Shown here: positions 35,273 through 46,430 of the stretch, piece by piece | Position numbering within the stretch: the first letter of the stretch is position 1 | How the letters are laid out: each line of letters opens with the position of its first letter | Assembly (NCBI GenBank): GCA_965112735.1 | Contig: OZ218965.1 | Span: 248,001-312,000 of the forward strand | Source: Phaeosaccion multiseriatum | Taxonomy: Eukaryota; Protista; Ochrophyta, other classes | Direction of reading: 5' to 3' | Length of the DNA: 64,000 nucleotides | Made by a program: the position numbers and the translations under genes | The notes under the pieces: model-generated | Databases searched by the model: none | The model's input: only the letters and a program-made list of their open reading frames with translations | Told to the model about the DNA's origin: nothing

Positions 35273-36892
35273 ATGGACTGCAATAGCATTCCTCGGCGCG
35301 GAAGGCCCTCTGGCCTGCGCCGCAAGAGGGCGTTGGTATCGCTCCTTCCTCCTGGGGCTTGCCTTGCGGCGCTAATGTGCCCAGGGACCACAGCCTTCCT
35401 CACCACACCTTCGTCTCTGAAGGTCTTGCAGCGAGGCGCCCTCCCTTGCGAACTTGGGCGTCGGGCGGGTCGCTGCGAAAGTAGGCGGATGGCTACATCC
35501 TTCGGTGGCGCTGGAGCAGAAGCAGTGTCCGCCGCGGCGGCTGCAGCAATGGCTGCAGCGGTGGACAACAGCTATGTGTCTGTCATCACCGAAGAGGAGA
35601 GCGAGGCGAGGATCGTTGTGCACAGGAGACGCCTGCTGCGCCTCCTCAGCAAGCCCGGCGGGGACGAGGGCGTGGCCCGTGCCGTGGCCTACCTGTCCCA
35701 GCACGGCTCACCTTCGCTGGCTCTGGCACTCTTAGAGTACCTGAGCATCATGCCCGATTGGAGCCGTCCCGTGGACTCCCCTCGTCTGTACTCCGAGCTC
35801 TACCGCACCGCGCTGGACGGACTGAGCACAGGGGAAAGCCGCAGTACTGGGGCCGTGTTTGGCAGCGGCTTACACGTCACCGCCTCTGGCCAGGCCCTGC
35901 GGGACGCCGCTCGAAAGGTGCAGGAGGAGGAGGGGGGGGGCGCCCGGATGGCAGCTCAGGGCGAGAGCAGCAGCAGCAGCAGCAGCAGCAGCCAGGTGGA
36001 GAGGCTGGTGGTAGCTCCCCGGCAGTGGCCCGCGGTGCTGTGGGCGGGCACCATGCTGGGGTTGCTGGCGGTGTCGTCCTGGGCGGGCCTCACCGGGCAG
36101 CCTAGTTTAGGGTGGACAACGGCACTGCTGATGCTTGGCTTCGTGCTGGACAGAGAGACTTTCCACTCGGCGTTCTTTACCGACGCACTCACGCTGCTCA
36201 GCCCTGGGCTCGAGGACCGATCCGTCGCACATGAGGCGGGGCACTTTCTCGTGGCGTATCTGCTCGGCAACCCGGTAGTGTCCTATACACTGACGGGCTT
36301 CGGTGGGATGGTCAATGGCAATGGGCAGCACACCAGCGGCTCCTTGTCCTACTACATGCAGGAGGGGGGGGGGCAGGAGGAGGGGGAGGGGTGGGAGGAG
36401 GACGGGGAGGAGGAGGAGGAGGAGGAGGAGGAGGAGCTTGGCGTTGGGTGGATGGGAGAGGATGGAGGAGCAAGACAAGAGGTCGGAGGCGGGGGAGGCG
36501 TGCGGCTGGGAGGGGCTGCAGAGGGCGACGACTCGTCGGATGACCAACGCATGTACCGCGTGGCCTGCGTGGAGATGGCGGGCATGGCGGGCGAAGTGCT
36601 CATGTACGGAGACGCAAGGGGCGGTGCCAACGACCTCCTCAGCATGCGTAAGGTGATGCAGAGGAGGGGCATGGGCCCTGAGGAGATGGAGGAGGCGGCG
36701 AATCTCGGTCTTCTTGTGGCCATCTCGCTGCTGCGGGAGCACCGCGGCTCGTTCGAACGCCTCATGAGGTGTATGAAGGGCCGAGAGGGGGTGGGGTCTT
36801 GCCTTCTGGCCATCGAGGACGGGCACCAGCTGCCGGCAGGGGGAAGGGCACGACGGGCGGTTGGTAGTACGGTGGAGGGGGCTGACATGTAG
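35273..36892 (+). CDS. Intronless peptidase M41-like (VIR3-like) zinc metalloprotease lacking an AAA domain, probably plastid-targeted
   Basis: HEXXH motif in VAHEAGHFLVAYLLGNPV, followed by MAGMAGEVLMYGDARGGANDL, and preceded by two hydrophobic helices. The leader has a signal-like stretch and TTAFL. Confidence 0.82.
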   Translation: MDCNSIPRRGRPSGLRRKRALVSLLPPGACLAALMCPGTTAFLTTPSSLKVLQRGALPCELGRRAGRCESRRMATSFGGAGAEAVSAAAAAAMAAAVDNSYVSVITEEESEARIVVHRRRLLRLLSKPGGDEGVARAVAYLSQHGSPSLALALLEYLSIMPDWSRPVDSPRLYSELYRTALDGLSTGESRSTGAVFGSGLHVTASGQALRDAARKVQEEEGGGARMAAQGESSSSSSSSSQVERLVVAPRQWPAVLWAGTMLGLLAVSSWAGLTGQPSLGWTTALLMLGFVLDRETFHSAFFTDALTLLSPGLEDRSVAHEAGHFLVAYLLGNPVVSYTLTGFGGMVNGNGQHTSGSLSYYMQEGGGQEEGEGWEEDGEEEEEEEEEELGVGWMGEDGGARQEVGGGGGVRLGGAAEGDDSSDDQRMYRVACVEMAGMAGEVLMYGDARGGANDLLSMRKVMQRRGMGPEEMEEAANLGLLVAISLLREHRGSFERLMRCMKGREGVGSCLLAIEDGHQLPAGGRARRAVGSTVEGADM

Positions 36893-37084
36893 TGGGTGTT
36901 GTCCCCCACTGGCGGGGGTGGTTCTCACGCCTCGCCAGTTGTGAATACGGGGCTCATCTCCATGGAGCGCGAAGGGAAGGGGGCATTTTGAAGGGAAGGG
37001 TGTGGAAGGGGGCGTTTTGAAGGGAAGGGTGTGGAGTCTTTGGGTATACATTTGCATATACAGTGTACAGTACGTTTGCTCCAA

Positions 37085-37290
37085 TTCCTTACAGTTTTTC
37101 TATAGTCAATAACATTAATGAACGATTGCATTTCAACGAGACATTTCAACGACAGCCCCTTTCATCCGGGTCACTCTGTTCTTCCTATTCTAATCCATTT
37201 CCTTACAGTTTTTCTATAGTTAATAACATTAATGAACGATTGCATTTCAACGAGACATTTCAACGACAGCCCCTTACATCCGGGTTACTC
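37085..37290. repeat. Two ~92-bp AT-rich direct repeats, period ~114 bp
   Basis: ttccttacagtttttctatagtYaataacattaatgaacgattgcatttcaacgagacatttcaacgacagcccctt at ~37085 and ~37199. Confidence 0.9.
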
Positions 37291-37544
37291 CGTTCTCCCT
37301 GTTCTCCCATCCTCCTCTCTTCTCATACACAGAGCTTCTCTCTCTCCTGATGTCTCTCCCCCCTCGCTCTCTTTTCTCTTTCTCTGTCTCTCTCTCTCGC
37401 TCTCTTTTCTCTTTCTCTTTCTCTCTCTCTCTTTGTCTCTCTCTCCCTCTCTCTCTCTCTTTCTCTCTTTCTTTCTCTTCAACCCCCTCCCTCCTTGCTG
37501 TATATTTCACGCCGTGGGGTGAGGCGTGGGTACGGATAAGAATG

Positions 37545-38277
37545 GCAGTAGGCCTCAGCACTAGCACTCACAGAGCAGTAGGCCTCAGCACTAGCACTCA
37601 CAGAGCAGTACGCCTCAGCACTAGCACTCACAGAGCAGTAGGCCTCAGCACTAGCACTCACAGAGCAGTAGGCCTCAGCACTAGCACTCACAGAGCAGTA
37701 GGCCTCAGCACTAGCACTCACAGAGCAGTAGGCCTCAGCACTAGCACTCACAGAGCAGTAGGCCTCAGCACTAGCACTCACAGAGCAGTAGGCCTCAGCA
37801 CTAGCACTCACAGAGCAGTAGGCCTCAGCACTAGCACTCACTGAGCAGTACGCCTCAGCACTAGCACTCACAGAGCAGTAGGCCTCAGCACTAGCACTCA
37901 CAGAGCAGTAGGCCTCAGCACTAGCATTCACAGAGCAGTAGGCCTCAGCACTAGCACTCACAGAGCAGTAGGCCTCAGCACTAGCACTCACAGAGCAGTA
38001 CGCCTCAGCACTAGCACTCACAGAGCAGTAGGCCTCAGCACTAGCACTCACAGAGCAGTAGGCCTCAGCACTAGCACTCACAGAGCAGTAGGCCTCAGCA
38101 CTTGCACTCACAGAGCAGTAGGCCTCAGCACTAGCACTCACAGAGCAGTAGGCCTCAGCACTAGCACTCAGCACTAGCACTCACAGAGCAGTAGGCCTCA
38201 GCACTAGCACTCACAGAGCAGTAGGCCTCAGCACTAGCACTCACAGAGCAGTAGGCCACAGCACTGACACTCACAGA
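37545..38277. repeat. 30-bp minisatellite (GCAGTAGGCCTCAGCACTAGCACTCACAGA)n, ~24 copies
   Basis: Near-perfect tandem array. Its terminal, diverged copy overlaps the TGA stop of the amidotransferase gene. Confidence 0.96.
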
Positions 38278-41200
38278 GGGAAGAGGTCGGCGATTTGCGA
38301 GAGGGCCCACTTGAGATCTGCACCGCTGGCCAAGTCCTCTGTGAGCGCCTGCCCTTCCCGTGCAGACAGCCTGGCCAGACTCACATCCCGCTGCAGCAGC
38401 TGCCGTATGCAGAGCAGGCCCGTCTCGCCAGCGCTCCACTCTGAGGAAGGGATGAGAGGAAGGAAGGTAGGGGGGGGAGGAGGGGGGGGGAGGGAGGGAG
38501 GAGGGAAGGAGAGAGAGACGGGAGGAAGAGAGGAGGAGGAGGAGTGAGAGAGAGGGGGAGAGGGAGGAGAGAGAGACAGAGGGAGAGAGGAGGAGTAGGA
38601 GTGAGAGAGAGGAGGGGAGAAAGAAGAGGCAGAGAGAGTGACCGAGGGAGAGGGACGAGAGAAAGCAAAGATGAAGGGGAGGGAGACAGCTAGAGCGGAG
38701 GAGAGAGAGGCAGAGAGAGACAGCCCCCCCTGTGACAAGCACCGTCGTCCGAGCAAACGACCCGCCCTGACTCCCTCCCCCATATGACTGGGCTGTCCAC
38801 GCACCCACCTGGGTGTGCCTGGAAGGTGAGGATGTGCTTGCCGATTCGGAAACCGTGATTGTTGCACGCGGCGCTGCGGCCCCACACTCGCGCTTCTGTT
38901 CGGGGGGGGGGGGGGGGGGTGGCAGTGGATGGAAGGGCGTGGGAAGGGGGGGATGAGGCGGGGGGGAGGACAGCAGAGATGCTCTCCACACACATGCTCA
39001 TATGCCTGCCCATCGGCCTGCCTGCATGTTTGCCCATATGCCTGCCCATATGCCTGCCGTTTCTGCCTCCCCATGCTGCCAAGATGTCCGCCTATCCCTT
39101 CCTTGTCGCCCCCAACACACAAACACATACGTAATTCTCAGGTTGATTCCTGCAAGTCAACGAAATCCCGCCATACATGGACGCGAGAACAGTTGATCCG
39201 TCTTATGGCAGCAAGCAACTCACGCAAAAAATCAAGCAGACAAGTCAAGCAAGTCAAGCAGTCAAGTCAAGCAGACAAGTCAAGCAAGTCAAGCAGTCAA
39301 GTCAAGCAGTCAAGTCAAGCAGTCAAGTCAAGCAAGTCAAGCAGTCAAGCCAAGCAGTCAAGTCAAGCAGTCAAGTCAAGCAGTCAAGTCAAGCAGTCAA
39401 GTCAAGCAGTCACGTCAAGCAGTCAAGTCAAGCAAGTCAAGCAGTCACATCAAGCAAGTCAAGCAGTCAAGTCAAGCAGTCAAGTCAAGCAGTCAAGTCA
39501 AGCAAGTCAAGTCAAGCAAGTCAAGCAAGTCAAGTCAAGCAGTCAAGTCAAGCAGTCAAGTCAAGCAGTCAAGCCAAGCAGTCAAGTCAAGCAGTCAAGT
39601 CAAGCAAGTCAAGCAGTCAAGTCAAGCAGTCAAGTCAAGCAAGTCAAGTCAAGCAGTCAAGTCAAGCAAGTCAAGCAGTCAAGTCAAGCAGTCAAGTCAA
39701 GCAAGTCAAGCAAAGTCAAGTCAAGCAGCCCGTGTGCGTAGCTGCAAGGAGTGGGGCGAGCCGCAGCCGCTGCTTCTCAAGCTCAAGACCATTGCTCTCG
39801 AGTCTTTCCCTCTCCCTCTCCCTCTCTCCCTCTCCCTCTCCCTCTTTGCCCACCTCTTGGCACCTGGAGGCGTACGTCCTGACACCTCTGACCCTCTGAC
39901 CGTACGTCCTGACACCTCTGAGCCTCTGACCGTACATCCTGACACCTCTGAGCCTCTGACCGTACGTCCTGACACCTCTGACCCTCTGACCTGGTGGGGT
40001 GCGGGTGACCTCGTCTCCGTGATGGTACAGTAGGAAGCGCTGCCCCCCCTCCTCCCTCCTCCATCCACTGCCATCCCCCTCCCCCGTCTCAAAGCCCCTG
40101 CGTCCGTAGTGCCTCTCCAGCTCGAGACTGCGCGCTTGCACCTTGCCGCCCAGCGCCTCTGTGCCGCAACAACGGGACGGGATGGAGAGAGGGTGAGCAC
40201 AAGATGGCAGCAGATGGAGGGAGGGGAGCCCGCGGCGGAGGAAGGAGGACGTGCGAACCGATCGGGGTGGTGCGTGTGCGTGTATACCTCACACCTCACA
40301 CCCGATACCCTGTTCTTTTTAAGCCGTATATACCATATACCCTCTTTCCTGTACCCTACACCCTATATCCCATACCCCATACCATATACCTTAGAACCCA
40401 TATCCTTTCCCTTTTTCCCTCTATCCTATACTTCATACCCCATCCCCATACCCCATACCCCATACTATAGCTCATACCCTCTACCCCATACCCCATACTA
40501 TACTTCATACCATCTACCCCATGCCCTATACCTTATACCTTATACCCTCCACCATACACCCTATACCCTTTGACCCATACCCTCTACCTTACACCCATAC
40601 CCTTTACCTTATACCCTCCCTCCTCTACCCCATACCCTATACCCCATACCCCATACCCTTTCCCCCTTCCCCTTATACTCTATACTCCATACTCCATACC
40701 CCATACCTTATACCCTATACCCCATACCCCATACCCCATACCCCATACCCCATACTCTATACCCCATACCCCATACCCCATACCCCATCCCCCCTTTTTC
40801 CTCGTTCCCTCCACCCTATACCCTATACCCTATGTCCCATACCCTCTACCTGATACCCATACCCTACACCCTCTACCATCTACCGCCCTACCCGCGATGA
40901 TTTGGTGTCCGAAGCAGATGCCGAGCAGGGGCCTTTTCTCCTCATGCAGAGACAAGATCTCCCTCCGCAGTCTGTGAATCCACTCCTCTGCAGCGGCAGG
41001 AGAGAGGGGGGGGGGGGTACACGGAGGCCGCTTTAGCGCTGCACGCTGCTGCCTCGTCCCACAGTTGTCCCGCCGTATCACCAACTGCTGCATCGTCCCT
41101 CAGGGCTGGGCTCACTGCTCACTCACCGTCCTCGTAGGCGCTGGCAAGAGAGCCCGGGATTATGAAGCCGTCGTACTCCGCCCTGTGTGTCGGGTATGCC

Positions 41201-41829
41201 AGGGCGGTCTCCACGTCGAAGTCGTCGACAGAAACTGAAACCGATGAAACCGAAGCTGTGGGCTTGTCCTGCAGGCCTGTCTGGAGCGGCGGAGCGTCGC
41301 TGTCCTGCTGCTGCTGTCTGGATGAGAGCTCCGCGGAGAGGAGCTGCGGGGACGGAGGGGGTCAGGGTCAGCTGGTGATGACGTAGGGGCAGGGGGCAGC
41401 GGTCGGCTGCTGAGCAGGGGGGGGGGGCGCACGCACGCACTGACCTTGGCAACGTCGTTTATCATTGCAGGTACGAAGCACCCTGCGGGAACAGCAGCAC
41501 AATTTGACAATTGGGGCCGAGTGAGCAAGAGGGGCGGCCGGAGCCCAAGAGGAGTTGTTCGTCACCGAGCCATGCTTCTTACGCCCAACACCTTACCGTA
41601 GTGCTCGTCATGACAAGTACGCAGAAGGGCGAGGCGAAGCGTTTTGGTGCGCGCGGGAGGGTGCTCCTCTGAGCGAAGGAGCTCCGCCTATAAACCACAC
41701 ACACGACACGCACAGGGTCAAGCTGAAATAGGGGAAACCCCGTAGGCTCCCCCCTCACCAAGACCCTCATGAGCCTCCCTGGCCATCAGGACCTACCTCT
41801 CCGTCCTCTCCAGGGCTTGCGTCCCCCAT
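38271..41829 (-). CDS. Class-I glutamine amidotransferase-like protein (gamma-glutamyl peptidase type); exons 41829-41797, 41687-41597, 41482-41445, 41343-41127, 40987-40892, 40158-39991, 38895-38809, 38440-38271
   Basis: YDGFIIPGSLASAYED|EEWI, nucleophile elbow LLGICFGHQIIA|EALGGKV, HGDEV and LTFQAHP|EW, completing a Cys-His-Glu triad. All junction phases are consistent. Confidence 0.9.
39235..39727. repeat. Compound (CAAGT)/(CAAGCAGT) satellite in an amidotransferase intron
   Basis: Visible tandem mix of 5-, 8- and 9-bp units. Confidence 0.93.
40325..40875. repeat. Degenerate 7-bp (ATACCCC/ATACCCT)n satellite, intron
   Basis: Same family as 11850-12215. Confidence 0.9.
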
Positions 41830-42175
41830 TAGAACCAGAGCTAAAGAATTTTAAGAAATGGAAAAGCCCGCTGCTACTGCTGCGGAGGGATATCGATGAG
41901 GGTTTAGCTTTGGACGATGCTGATCTATGTATTACACCCTGAAGATCTGGATTTAAGTGCCATGATGGCTGCTGCTTCTGAAGTTGGTGCTTTGGATTCA
42001 CAGCTGGGCGCGTTCAACGCACGTCTGCTTCCGCGCGGCACAGTCGCTCTGGATTGAAAACCAACAAAAATTTAAGCAAGGGGTGAGGGAGTCATGCCCG
42101 ATTAATGGCGACCTTGGAGGCTGCCAAACAGCACGACGGTCTTCACTCGCCTTAGAAGGGCTGAGAAAGGAGAAG

Positions 42176-43370
42176 ATGGGTACAGGAAGTGGAGGAACAG
42201 GGAGAAAGAGAAGGAGGAGTGAGGAGGGACGGCCTTCACGGCGAGCACCCGGCCCCCTCTTGGTGCTGCTTGGAGCTGTGCTTCTTCGGAGGGACGTCTG
42301 TCCGATAGGAGCGGGAGCATCGGAGGTGTCACGGGGAGTAGCAGAGGGGCAGGGCGGAAAAGGATCAATAGGACGAGGGAGAGGAGATGAAGACGCAGGC
42401 GCACCAGCCCTTCTTGTCCCCTTCCGCCACAGGGACCCGCACAACAGCCACCGCGATGTCGATGATGTGTTCAACATCCTCGACTCGGACCAGGACGGCA
42501 GCATCGGGGACGAGGAGCTGAGGCAGGTGTGTTGAGAGCAGAGTCGGAGGGAAAGGGGAAGGGGACACAGTGGGAGGTCACGCAGGACAGGGACATCCTC
42601 AATGGCTCCCTGCTCATGTGCATCATGCTCCCTCTTTCCACCATTTCCCACACCCCTCGTTCTGCCTTCGCTCCCCCTCTCCTTCGATCTCCGCCCCTCC
42701 TGCCCTCCCTCTTCCGCCCTCTCCCCTCTTACCTCCTTCTATCAGTTCCTTGCGGGCAGCGGCGTGGATCTGGACGAACCATCCGAGATCGACAAGGGAG
42801 TGGGCAGTATCTTCAGACACCTCGGTACGGCGCCATTACCCATTACCCTTGCCCCCCGTCCCCCATTCCCTGTCGCTGCTCTCCTCTCCACATGCACTTC
42901 CATCCCCCTCCTTGCATAGAATCCCTCCGCGGCAGTCTCTACGCCGCCCCTCGTCTGGCCCCTCGCCGCCGCCCTGCCTCCTGCTAAGCAAGGGAAGGGG
43001 TGGGCAGTGGCTGGGGAGCGGATGGAGGCCTCCCTGCCTCAGAGCAGGCGTGTACACATACACAGCAGGCAGAGACGATCCGCTAACCCTCGTCAACTCA
43101 CATCTGCCTCGTACCACCAACTGTCACCCCGTACCACTCAACTGTGACCCCGTATGCTCCAGACCGCAACGCCGACCACGTGCTGTCCAAGGAAGACTTG
43201 CTGGCGTACTGGCAGAGGCAGGAGCAGCAGCTGTGGCAGGGACAGGCATATGGGCAGGGGGAGGCATATGGGCAGGAGCAGGAGCTGTGGGCCTCGCAGT
43301 CGGTGGAAAACGCGGTGCAGTGGGTGCAGCACGCCGTGCAGCTTCCCTCGCAGGTGCGTAAGCATACGTA

Positions 43371-43402
<32 letters not shown>

Positions 43403-44399
43403 TGTGTATGTTTCGCCAGGGGGGTGCAGGAAGGCCCAGAAAGAGATAAGTGTATTTCACAGCAGTCGGGCGGTCAAGTCGGAACGTCGCCGATCCTCCA
43501 GCCGTTCCTCTGTCGGAGCGGTGTGAGCAGCAGACAGCAGACATGTATAGGCTCTCGCCTCTATTCCCCCTTTGCCCATATGCCTCTATTCCGTCCATAT
43601 GCCTCTCCCCTCATCGTACCCCTCCCCCCCCACACACAAACACACACACACACACACCCCCTGCAGATTGCCGAGCAATTCCGAGTGGCGGACATCACTC
43701 TGGCGGACTTTCCTCTTCTCGTGGGGGAGGCTGACGCCCTGGAGAGGGAGACGGGTATCAGCAGCTCCGCCATCCGCAAGAAGCTGCGCAAGCATATGGG
43801 CTGGAAGGTCCTGGGGGTGGGGGAGAGCCCCTCCACGCCTGTGCTGACCTTGGTGAGTGGAGTGGTGGGGCGAGGTGTCAGGACTGACGTAGTTACGTAT
43901 GCATACATAACGGATGCTTGCAAGCAGAGCTGTGCCACACGGTGTCGCTGGAGCCGCGGCCCGCCTGCTCGTATGCCTCTATTCTCCCACCCCTGCTGGC
44001 GGTGTGCCCGCGCTGTGACCGACGGTTTCGACGGTTTCGTCTGCTCTCTCGTCTATCATGTCTCAACTCTTTCTCTCCTTCCCCTCTTCTCTCCCTCTCT
44101 CTTTCATTCGCTGCCGCTCCTCTCCTCTCTCTTGTGTCTCTCTTTGTCTCCCCCCTCTCTCTCTCTCTCTCTCTCGCTCGCTCGCCCTGTCCACCCCCTC
44201 GCTCCGGTGCCGTTTGATGGCCCAGGAGCCCGAGGTGAATCCCTTGTCAGTGTCTCTGCGGTGGTCGTCAAGCCCGCCCGACGGTATCTTCCCTGTCCAC
44301 AAGTGCATTGTGCGCAGGGCCTTGGCCCATGCGCCGGACAGCATCAACAACCACGGGGTGGTCACAGATGGCAGCAGTGGCACCAGAAGCAGCAGCAGC

Positions 44400-44434
<35 letters not shown>

Positions 44435-46307
44435 AGGCAGTAGACTCGCTTGGCAACTCGTGTCCGAGGGCCCGAAGATGGGCCTGACGGACGTGGGCCT
44501 GTGGCCTGACACCAGCTACGTGTACAGTGTGCAGGCGTGGAACTCCGTGGGGGGCAGCCAAGTGCTCCTCATTGACGTGCGCACCCCGAAGATGGCAGTG
44601 GACGGTGGTGGGGCAGTTGGTGATTCGGTGGAGGGCTTGGGGGGGGAGCAAAGCCTTGCGGAAGTGAGGGCAGGAGAAGCAGCAGGAGGAGGAGGAGGCA
44701 GCAACAACACACCCAGGGGGTTGGGAGTGGGAGCGTATGACCAGCACGAGCACTGGCAGACCCCACCCACGGGGTCGGCATCATCTGCGTCGTCGGAATG
44801 GTCGGCGGTGCTGTTGGGAGCCATGTCGCTACTCACTGCGGCGGGGCTGGCGTCTGCGATGAAGCTTCGGCGCTCAGTCTCGGAGGGAGGAGGAGGAGGA
44901 GGGGGAGGAGGGGGAGAGGGAGGAGGGGGAGGAGGGGGAGGAGGGGGAGGGGTAGGCAAGGAGAAGAGGATGAAGAAGGGGATGCAGGAGGGGGCGACAG
45001 CAGGAGGGAGAGCACGGCCGCCCGCAAGCGCAGGGCTGGGGGGTGGGGCTGGCGACGTCGCTGCGGGGAATTCTACCTCCGCCTCCGTGAGGGGAGATGG
45101 GGCGGTGGGAGTGAAGATTTCCGGGGCTGGACGCTTGTCGTTGGGAACCCCCGGGGGGGGTACTCCCGTGGGGGGCAGCAGCGCGGTGAACTCTCCGGTG
45201 CGGTCGCTGCAGAAGCGCGCATCAGCTGCCTTCGCTGAGAAGTCGGACCTGCCCCAGCCGCTGCAACAGCTCAAGGTGAAACTGACGCTCGAGGCACAGA
45301 GGCGGCTGAACAACAACAACATGCAGCAGCACGGCCCTCCCCTCCGCAGCAGCAGCATTGGCAGCAGCGCGGCGGGCAATGACGCTGTCGACTGCGGCTC
45401 CGGTAGCAGTGCGACGTTTCGGAGCCCAAACAGAGTGAACAGGGGGATCCATAGGGCCCAGACAGTGGGAGAAGGAGCGACGGCGGCAGCTGGGCTGGAG
45501 GTGCTGGCGGTGAGGAGCAGGGGGGGCAGCGCGTCGGGCCGGGCGAGTGGAGACCTGGCATGGAGTAGGGCAAGCAGCCCTGCTAGCAGCGGGGACGAGG
45601 GAGGGAAGAAGAGAGGACGGGCGGTGGGGAGCAGAGTCTCTCGGCGCAGGTTTCCCCTCCTGGATAGGAGTGTGAGTGCGAGCAAGAGTCGAAGCCCCCT
45701 GGCCAGGGAGGGCAGGGACGGCTTCTTTGGCGCACCGCAGCGGCAGGAGCAGCAGCAGCAGCAGCAGCAAGAGGTGGCGCGAAGAAGCAGCGGCTGCGTG
45801 GGCGGGCTAAAGCAGGAGCAACAGCGGAGGGCGTACAGACATATGCAGAGCACAGGGGATCTCGCCAGCGAATCAGAGGCACCTCAGGGGCGAGGGCAGG
45901 GGCAGGAGCACTTGGCGGGGAGGGGGGCGAGGTTGTCTCAGCAGAGTCACGCCAGCTCGGGCTCGAGTGGCAGCAGTTCCAGTTTGCTGGCCGCCTCGTG
46001 TGTGGGGGTGAGGCATTCGGACCAGGCGGTGATGCGCAAGCGGCTCACGGGGGCAAACAGTCTCTCCGCCGGCATGGGCAAGGAGGGCAAAGAGGGGAGG
46101 GAGAGCAGGGAGGGTAAGGAAGCGGAGACTTCGTGTCATATATGCGGGGAGCGGCTGCGCTTCACCACCCCTCAGCACCGCTGCAGCGTGTGCGGACAGC
46201 CGTTCTGTAACCGCTCAAGCTGCGTGGGGCAGAACAAGCACAAACGGTGGCCCTTTGCGTGTCCACACCTCAGCTGCACGTGCAAGGAGTGCTGGCAGCG
46301 AGGTTGA
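42176..46307 (+). CDS. STIM-like EF-hand pair + SAM, FN3, single TM, disordered tail, C-terminal FYVE-like zinc finger (exons 42176-42526, 42746-42824, 43163-43353, 43667-43852, 44226-46307)
   Basis: EF loop DSDQDGSIGDEE and second loop DRNADHVLSKEDLLAYW. STIM-type SAM SVENAVQWVQHAVQLPSQIAEQF...DFPLL...IRKKL...KVLG. FN3 with VSLRW...LWPDTSYVYSVQAWNSVG. TM WSAVLLGAMSLLTAAGLASAM followed by KLRR. Terminal CHIC...HRCSVCGQPFC...C...CKEC. Confidence 0.82.
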
Positions 46308-46430
46308 GGTGTCTGTAAACGGTTTATACATGCTGATGTATTTTTTCATTTGAGCGTTGGATTTCAAATCCAATGAGCGTATCACCACCTTCTGCACATT
46401 CCCCCACGCTGCCACTATAAAATAATTAGC

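Noticed and set aside
37545-38277. CRISPR array or the 233-aa SASAEAYCSV ORF
   Set aside because: Pure head-to-tail 30-bp tandem with no spacers; the ORF results from a unit length divisible by three.
39721-39870. Alternative amidotransferase exon (TPPGAKRWA..., resembling TPPEARVWG)
   Set aside because: It runs into GA repeats and a stop and would lose the catalytic HPE; the similarity is too short to trust.
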